The position numbers and the translations under genes were made by a program. A stretch of DNA of 64,000 nucleotides from Candidatus Omnitrophota bacterium (lineage in GTDB: Bacteria; Omnitrophota; Gorgyraeia; Zapsychrales; Zapsychraceae). How positions within the stretch are numbered: position 1 is the first letter of the stretch; the number at the start of each line of letters is the position of its first letter. Under the pieces are notes generated by a model. It was given only the letters and a program-made list of their open reading frames with translations. It was not told where the DNA came from and searched no databases. This document shows positions 58,012-64,000 of this stretch, piece by piece. The stretch lies in contig JANQMA010000014.1 of assembly GCA_028280285.1 (NCBI GenBank), positions 907 to 64,906 of the forward strand. The letters run 5' to 3'.

Positions 58012-61000
58012 ATGGTTTGGACATTTAAACGCACTACGCAACGATTAACACATCGTATTTTTTCAATTGTTATTGCCGTTGCATTTTTTTCAAGCTCTGT
58101 TTTACCTCAGGGCGCTCAAGCACAAGTGATTCCAACGCCAGCGCCAATGCCGGCGATTGGTAGCATGGTGCCTGTCAGTCCAGGGTACACACCGGCCATT
58201 ATTCGCGGATTAACCCTTTTTCCAGAGAATCCCCTACAATTTTCATTTTACATCGATTTAGGTGACAGTGGCTTAACGGCTGAAGAGCCAGCCCTTAAAG
58301 AAACATCTCAGCGTTTAATCAACTATTTCATGGCCGGATTAACAATCCCAAAAGAAGAATTCTGGGTGAACTTATCGCCGTATGAACAAAATCGTATTAT
58401 CCCTGATTCGCTGGGTCAAACAGCGATGGGACGCGATATGCTGGCCCAAGATTACCTACTCAAACAATTAACATCCTCACTCATGTACCCGGAAGATGAG
58501 CTGGGAAGCAAATTCTGGACACGCGTCAAAGAACGGGCCATGGAGCTGTATGGCACAGATGACATCCCGACCAATGTATTGAACAAAGTGTGGATTGCGC
58601 CAGAAAGTGCGGAAATTTACATTCACAACCAAGAAGTGTTTTTAACTAATAGTCGCTTAAAGGTAATGTTAGAAAAAGATTTATTTGCACAACGTCAAGC
58701 AGTGGGGGCGGATGTCACCCATATGGAGACATCTGGCACATTGGTGAGCTCTGATGAAGTGGCAGATGTTGTCCGTGAGGTAATATTACCAGAGATCGAA
58801 TATGAAGTAAATCATGGTCAAAATTTTGCGGTATTACGTCAGATTTTTAATTCGGTCATTTTGGCCTCATGGTACAAAGACAATTTAAAAGAGACCTTAT
58901 TAGGAAAGGTGTACGCTGATCAAAATAAGGTCACAGGCATCGATGACAATGACCAGGCAACGAATCAAGCGATTTATAAACAGTATGTTGAGGCATTTAA
59001 AGCAGGAGCCTATGACTATATTAAGGAAGAGTACAATCCAGCAACACAAGCTATGACAGCAAAAAAATATTTCTCTGGTGGGGTAGGAAATTTAGAAGAT
59101 TTAGCGATACTTATTAATGGAGAAGTGCATACACCGAATACAGATACCGAGACATTTTATCGTAGAGTCAGTGGATTTTCACCTCAAGTTGTCCGCGTTG
59201 GTGGAGAGAATGTTGAGGCGACAAAAGAAACGATTGAAGACTTACAAGCATATTTAGATGAACAAAGTACAAAAATTAAATCTGTGGAAAATAAGACTGC
59301 AGCGATGGATGCGCACGATGACGATGCGGCAGTTGTTATGGATGTATTAGCGGACAAAGATGCAGCGAGTTTGACGATACAACAATTAATAGATGTATTA
59401 CCACGAAAAGTGTTTAAGAAAAAGTTTAGAGATAGCTTGCTTCAAAAAATACCGTCACAAGAAGAAGTAGATACTATGTCTAAAGAAGATCTTCAGGCTA
59501 TCGAAAAGGATATCATTAATGCTATTGAACAGAGATTACGTGAGTATTTATGGGTGTCTACAAAAAGCATTCAAGATGATATGGGAATGTCTAATCAAAA
59601 ACGGGAAAGTTTTTGGTATGGAAGGGATGATTATATTTCCGTTAAGAATGAAGAGATCCAAGGCTTATTTTTACAGGTTTCTAGCAATTTGAGCAGGTTT
59701 GTAAGGGGGAAAGAGCTCGAGCTTCGTAGTCCTTTTGATAAATATGGGGATCGCCATCATTCCTTCAAACGCTTAGATTATGAAGTTATGAATAATGCAG
59801 CCCAGGCGATTGTAGAATGGGTGACGGAACAAAAATCTAATGTTGCTAGATTTTTAGAAAAACAAGAGGAAGAGGTGCGACAACAAGAGACCGCATTACG
59901 TGCAAGGTTGGGGGGGCAACACAGCCAAAAAGGTAAGACTATTCAAGATTTAATAAATACATTACCACGAAAAGTGCTTAATAAAAGTTTTAGAGATGGC
60001 TTACTTCAAAGAATACCATCAGCAGGAAAAGTAGATACTATGTCCGCAAAAGATCTTCTGGAAATTGAAAAAGGTATTATTGATGATATTGGGCAGAAGT
60101 TAAACGGTTATTTGTGGTCGTCTGCAGATAGCATGCAAAATGACATGGGAAGGTCAAATCAAAAACCGGAAAGTTTTTGGTATGGAAGAAGTGCAAGGGA
60201 TATTAGCGTTAAGTATAAAGATGGTGAATATATTTATTTGAGACTCTATGAGTATTTTCAAAAAGGCAAATTTCAGTTTCATGATGGGCACTATACTTAT
60301 TATTCCTTTAGTGGTTTAAGTTATGAAGTTATGAATAATGCGGCTCAGGCGATTGTAGAATGGGTAGTCCGACAAAATGACAATATTGCTAGGTCTTTAG
60401 AAAAACAAGAAGAAGTTGCGGGTCAACAAGAAGCGGCATTACGTGTAAGATTAGGTACGGAAAGCGATACAGCGGCGATTGAGGAGGTAAAGGAACTACA
60501 AAATAAGGAAGAAGCGAAAGATTCTGCCGTACTAGAAGATAAGGATATGGCGGCGCTTCTGTCGAACGAAAAATCACCGGATAATGATAGTGCAGCTTTT
60601 GGCAACCCTTTAATTCCTATGATACCCGAAATCGAAGATGTTGGAAGGCTTCCTGCTTATATCTTTTCGCGAAAACAAATTGAACTAATGACAGAACATT
60701 TACTAAGTACCATGGATGCAAATTCTGAAGCGACAGTAAAAATCAAAAAAACTATTGCCAGAATAATTGTAGCAGAAGCTCAAAAATACAGTGAGCGCCC
60801 TTTCTCTGGGTATTATGCGTCTTGGTACGCGTTTCGGATGGAAAAGGATAATGGAATTACACCAGCCGTTTATTTTGCAAAAGAGGTTATGGAGAATTTA
60901 ATTGCAAAAGGCTTTGAACATGATGATCTTATCAATTTTCATACAAGCTATTTACAAAAAAATATTTTTAAAACACACCGGAAAAAGATTATCGAAATTC

Positions 61001-62247
61001 AGAAAATAGAAAATTTTGAAGAAAAAAATATTTTACTGGAACAAGAATATAGGCGTTTTCAAAATATATTGATAGATATTTTTCTAAAAAATTTTAGTAG
61101 AAGGGTACAGGTACACTACGTTGACAGCCCAGAGTTTAGCAAAAAATTTAAGATTAATTTGTTCCCCAAAAAAAATGAAATACGTATTTTATATCCATAC
61201 AAACATACTGACCAAAAAGAGTACCTAATTTCAACAAATCCACCCGTTATCCATTTTCATGCTCATCTTGACTCATATAGAGTTTCATCTGAGATTGATA
61301 GATTACGGGCTAATATTTATTTTGCTCTTTTACCCGCTCTAATGGCTTTAGAAAAAAGTCAGGATAAGTCTAGAGCAAAATATACAAAAGAATACTATCA
61401 CACAAGTTTTTTTGAAAAAACTGTACTAGAAGATATACCAGAAAGCGCTGGGCTCAAAACAAACGATAAAGAAATACTCACATCTAAAATTGAACAAATA
61501 GAAGACTTGCTTGATGATTTTTTTCCGCTTCCAGATAGATTAAAAGAAATCCTAAGAATAATTAAACTTGAAGGCAACTTACAAAGCATGAAATCCAAGA
61601 TGGAAAAATTAAATTTAAAAGTGATCGATGCTTTAGTCGAACAATTGAACCAAAAAGGACTGATGGATACACTTGACATCCATTTGCCAAATAATCCTAG
61701 TTACTATTTACGCATTTCTCCATTAAAAAAAGGAGATAAAAATGTAATTACATTAAAAGGTTATGCTCCAGATTTTGGTGAATTTGCCGTAAACCAAATT
61801 ACAGTACAACAAATGTTGGAAATAATACCTATTATTAAAAAAGAACTGACAAGTTATAAAGATTTCAATGATAAACAACAAAAATTATTTAAATATTTTA
61901 CTTCTTGGAACGTTTTTCAGACTTTATTAGATAATGCCGCTCTTGAAAAAGATACAGAAGCCAAGAACGATTCAGCCGTTGGTGGTATCGATCTTAACCC
62001 TGATTTATTGGATCTGCAGATCAAGCGCGATGATAATGGCATTCCGTTGCCACTTAATCAGCAGCCGCTTGAACATATGAATATTGATGGGTTTGTCCCG
62101 GTCATCATTAATATTGTCCCAGTCCCGAATTTGCCATTGTTTTTAGGATTAATGGATAGCAATGATAATCCTATCCAAGACACGGAACCTTATCAATCGG
62201 CAGAAGTGTTCGGGCGTGAGGAATTCAGTTATTTACGTGAGCATTAA
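58012..62247 (+). CDS. Large (1411 aa) secreted modular protein: conserved N-domain, variable cargo, conserved GGID C-domain
   Basis: Signal peptide (AQA-Q); FWVNLSPYEQNRIIP, QDYLLKQ, KVWI, LRQIF...LASWYK, KKYFSGG; C-terminal GGIDLNP...GFVPVIINIVPVPNLPLFLG. Confidence 0.9.
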   Translation: MVWTFKRTTQRLTHRIFSIVIAVAFFSSSVLPQGAQAQVIPTPAPMPAIGSMVPVSPGYTPAIIRGLTLFPENPLQFSFYIDLGDSGLTAEEPALKETSQRLINYFMAGLTIPKEEFWVNLSPYEQNRIIPDSLGQTAMGRDMLAQDYLLKQLTSSLMYPEDELGSKFWTRVKERAMELYGTDDIPTNVLNKVWIAPESAEIYIHNQEVFLTNSRLKVMLEKDLFAQRQAVGADVTHMETSGTLVSSDEVADVVREVILPEIEYEVNHGQNFAVLRQIFNSVILASWYKDNLKETLLGKVYADQNKVTGIDDNDQATNQAIYKQYVEAFKAGAYDYIKEEYNPATQAMTAKKYFSGGVGNLEDLAILINGEVHTPNTDTETFYRRVSGFSPQVVRVGGENVEATKETIEDLQAYLDEQSTKIKSVENKTAAMDAHDDDAAVVMDVLADKDAASLTIQQLIDVLPRKVFKKKFRDSLLQKIPSQEEVDTMSKEDLQAIEKDIINAIEQRLREYLWVSTKSIQDDMGMSNQKRESFWYGRDDYISVKNEEIQGLFLQVSSNLSRFVRGKELELRSPFDKYGDRHHSFKRLDYEVMNNAAQAIVEWVTEQKSNVARFLEKQEEEVRQQETALRARLGGQHSQKGKTIQDLINTLPRKVLNKSFRDGLLQRIPSAGKVDTMSAKDLLEIEKGIIDDIGQKLNGYLWSSADSMQNDMGRSNQKPESFWYGRSARDISVKYKDGEYIYLRLYEYFQKGKFQFHDGHYTYYSFSGLSYEVMNNAAQAIVEWVVRQNDNIARSLEKQEEVAGQQEAALRVRLGTESDTAAIEEVKELQNKEEAKDSAVLEDKDMAALLSNEKSPDNDSAAFGNPLIPMIPEIEDVGRLPAYIFSRKQIELMTEHLLSTMDANSEATVKIKKTIARIIVAEAQKYSERPFSGYYASWYAFRMEKDNGITPAVYFAKEVMENLIAKGFEHDDLINFHTSYLQKNIFKTHRKKIIEIQKIENFEEKNILLEQEYRRFQNILIDIFLKNFSRRVQVHYVDSPEFSKKFKINLFPKKNEIRILYPYKHTDQKEYLISTNPPVIHFHAHLDSYRVSSEIDRLRANIYFALLPALMALEKSQDKSRAKYTKEYYHTSFFEKTVLEDIPESAGLKTNDKEILTSKIEQIEDLLDDFFPLPDRLKEILRIIKLEGNLQSMKSKMEKLNLKVIDALVEQLNQKGLMDTLDIHLPNNPSYYLRISPLKKGDKNVITLKGYAPDFGEFAVNQITVQQMLEIIPIIKKELTSYKDFNDKQQKLFKYFTSWNVFQTLLDNAALEKDTEAKNDSAVGGIDLNPDLLDLQIKRDDNGIPLPLNQQPLEHMNIDGFVPVIINIVPVPNLPLFLGLMDSNDNPIQDTEPYQSAEVFGREEFSYLREH
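59374..60456 (+). repeat. Diverged tandem duplication of a ~175-180-aa cargo module (59374-59913 and 59938-60456)
   Basis: TIQ.LI..LPRKV..K.FRD.LLQ.IPS...ESFWYGR...YEVMNNAAQAIVEWV...ALR.RLG occurs twice. Confidence 0.88.
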
Positions 62248-63991
62248 TTTGATTTAAATAATCCCGGGTTTTAGGAAAGTTGGGGTCAATGGCCAGGGCT
62301 CTTTCAAAATAACGCCGGGCTTCGTTGTATTTTTTTTCAGCCGCTAAAAATAGACCAAATTGATTATATAAATAGGCACTCTGTGTTTGAGCTGCAATAC
62401 TTTCAGCCTGGGCAATGCTTCCAGAGCGGAAATAGGCAATTGCCAGATTATTATGCGTATCGATCGCCTTGGGATTAATGGCAAGAGCTCTTGTAAAATA
62501 CTCAATACCTTTTTTATATTTTCCTTCACGCACATAAACGATTCCCAAATTATTGAGCGTACGAAAATCATTAGCATTAAGAGCGAGGGACTTTTCATAA
62601 TATTGGACCGCTTCATCATGCTTTCCATTTTGTTCTAAAATCCGTCCAATATTATTATACGGTTTATCCCGGTCAGGACGAATGCGGATGGCTTCTTTAA
62701 GATGATACAAGGCCTTTTCTTCGTCGTCAGCTTCTTTGGCATAAAAGACCCCGAGGACATTGTGCGCCGAATAATTTTCATTACTGTATTCAAGCGCGCG
62801 CAGCATGAGTGTTTCATCATTTTTCCACACACTAATTTGATTAAATGACTGGATCGTAAAAAATATGACGAATAGAACAATGATGGAGGCAATCGCATCT
62901 TTGTTTTTGATATAACTTTTAAGCATATAAACAAATATAATTAAAATGCCAATCATCGGAAAATAGACAAACCTGTCGGCCACCCATGTCAGCCCGATAA
63001 TGGGAAGTGTTGTTACCAAAAACCATCCCCATCCGAGGAGGATCATCCATGTTTTTTTGCGCATTAAAAAGGAAATAACCGTAATGAAAACAACTCCGGC
63101 CAATGAAAACAAAAATGTGGAAAGCGCAATTTTCGGTTCCGGAATAGGCCCATACAACGATAGATCAAGCGGCATTAATATTTTCTGAATATAAAATAGA
63201 TACGCAACAATACCTTTAACAACCGGATGATTGATGTCGTATTCAAAGGCCTGAGGTTGGCCGAGAAACGGAATAGGGAGGTATAAGGCAACCATCAAAA
63301 AAAGCGGCCATTTATCAAGACCGCTCATCCAGATTTCTTTAATACTAATTGTTTTTTGATTCTCTAAACGCTCGTACAAGTCCAATAAAATAAGCACAAC
63401 CGGCAGTGTGATTACCATTGGTTTGGCCATGAGGCTTAGCGCAAAACTCAAAGCAAAAATAATAGTACGTACAAAGTTATTCGATTCTTTTCTCCAATAA
63501 TAGATGTGTATTGTAATCAGTCCAAAAAATATGCTTAAAACGTCTTTACGGGCCGTGATCCAGCCAATAATTTCCGCATGGAGCGGATGGAGGGCAAACA
63601 AAGAAGTTATCCACAGGCTTGCTGTATTAGAACTGGTTAAACGCCGCAAAAAGAAATAAAGGAGCCAAACATTAGCGATATGAAACAATAAATTCACCAC
63701 ATGATGCGCCCCGGCATTAAACTTAAAAAGACTTATATCAATCATCCGTGATATAAACGTTACCGGTTGCCAATAATCGGCAAACTCGGACGGTTTTGTC
63801 AAATCGGCCTGAAAGGCCCAGATAATTCCTTCAAGCGTCAAACCATCCCGGATGTAGGGATTGTCCCAAACAAAGGCATGATCATCCATGCCAAGGAATT
63901 GATTGTGATAGGTCTTACCAAAGGCCACACCAACAAGGCAAGAGAGAAGTAGAAGGAAGATTAGTTCGTTTTTACCACAAAATTTACGCAT
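62225..63991 (-). CDS. TMTC-like multi-TM glycosyltransferase-type protein with C-terminal TPR repeats
   Basis: MDDHAFVWDNP, YWQPVT, HHVVNLLFH, FALHPLHAE, ADRFVYFP, followed by TPRs (YNNIG, LNNLG, HNNLA). Confidence 0.85.
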   Translation of the reverse strand: MRKFCGKNELIFLLLLSCLVGVAFGKTYHNQFLGMDDHAFVWDNPYIRDGLTLEGIIWAFQADLTKPSEFADYWQPVTFISRMIDISLFKFNAGAHHVVNLLFHIANVWLLYFFLRRLTSSNTASLWITSLFALHPLHAEIIGWITARKDVLSIFFGLITIHIYYWRKESNNFVRTIIFALSFALSLMAKPMVITLPVVLILLDLYERLENQKTISIKEIWMSGLDKWPLFLMVALYLPIPFLGQPQAFEYDINHPVVKGIVAYLFYIQKILMPLDLSLYGPIPEPKIALSTFLFSLAGVVFITVISFLMRKKTWMILLGWGWFLVTTLPIIGLTWVADRFVYFPMIGILIIFVYMLKSYIKNKDAIASIIVLFVIFFTIQSFNQISVWKNDETLMLRALEYSNENYSAHNVLGVFYAKEADDEEKALYHLKEAIRIRPDRDKPYNNIGRILEQNGKHDEAVQYYEKSLALNANDFRTLNNLGIVYVREGKYKKGIEYFTRALAINPKAIDTHNNLAIAYFRSGSIAQAESIAAQTQSAYLYNQFGLFLAAEKKYNEARRYFERALAIDPNFPKTRDYLNQINAHVNN

Positions 63992-64000
63992 AATTACTCT

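Noticed and set aside
479-63952. Numerous short ORF-track entries nested in or antisense to long genes
   Set aside because: Shadow frames with no motifs, overlapping well-supported CDSs.

Overview
A bacterial chromosomal window with no rRNA, tRNA, CRISPR array or transposase. The giant-protein family seen here resembles those I recall from Candidatus Omnitrophota (OP3); that taxonomy is inference. Housekeeping content: a Rieske/split cytochrome b/octaheme cytochrome c operon, then an A1-type cytochrome c oxidase operon with heme A/O and Cu assembly genes (5.5-20.8 kb); acnA, leuCD, ilvD and aroC (31-41 kb); and a Zn/Mn-limitation region with two Fur-family regulators, ZnuABC, TroABCD, a COG0523 GTPase, cysS and a Cys-substituted hisI (44-58 kb). 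Three features are unusual. (1) Three dispersed paralogous large proteins (2-2647 partial, 23996-31006, 58012-62247). The two complete ones share a signal peptide and a conserved ~330-aa N-terminal domain ending KKYFSGG. All three share a C-terminal GGID(L/F)NP...PVII...NLPLFLG domain. Between these ends sit unrelated AT-rich cargo blocks separated by acidic D-x-A-(A/S/V/M) linkers. (2) An orphan second copy of that C-terminal coding sequence (3861-4069), which gives two tandem [tail + palindromic promoter + AAA/DUF4143 ATPase] units. (3) About a dozen heptamer-repeat palindromes with different sequences but the same architecture, mostly between genes and twice inside a giant-protein gene.
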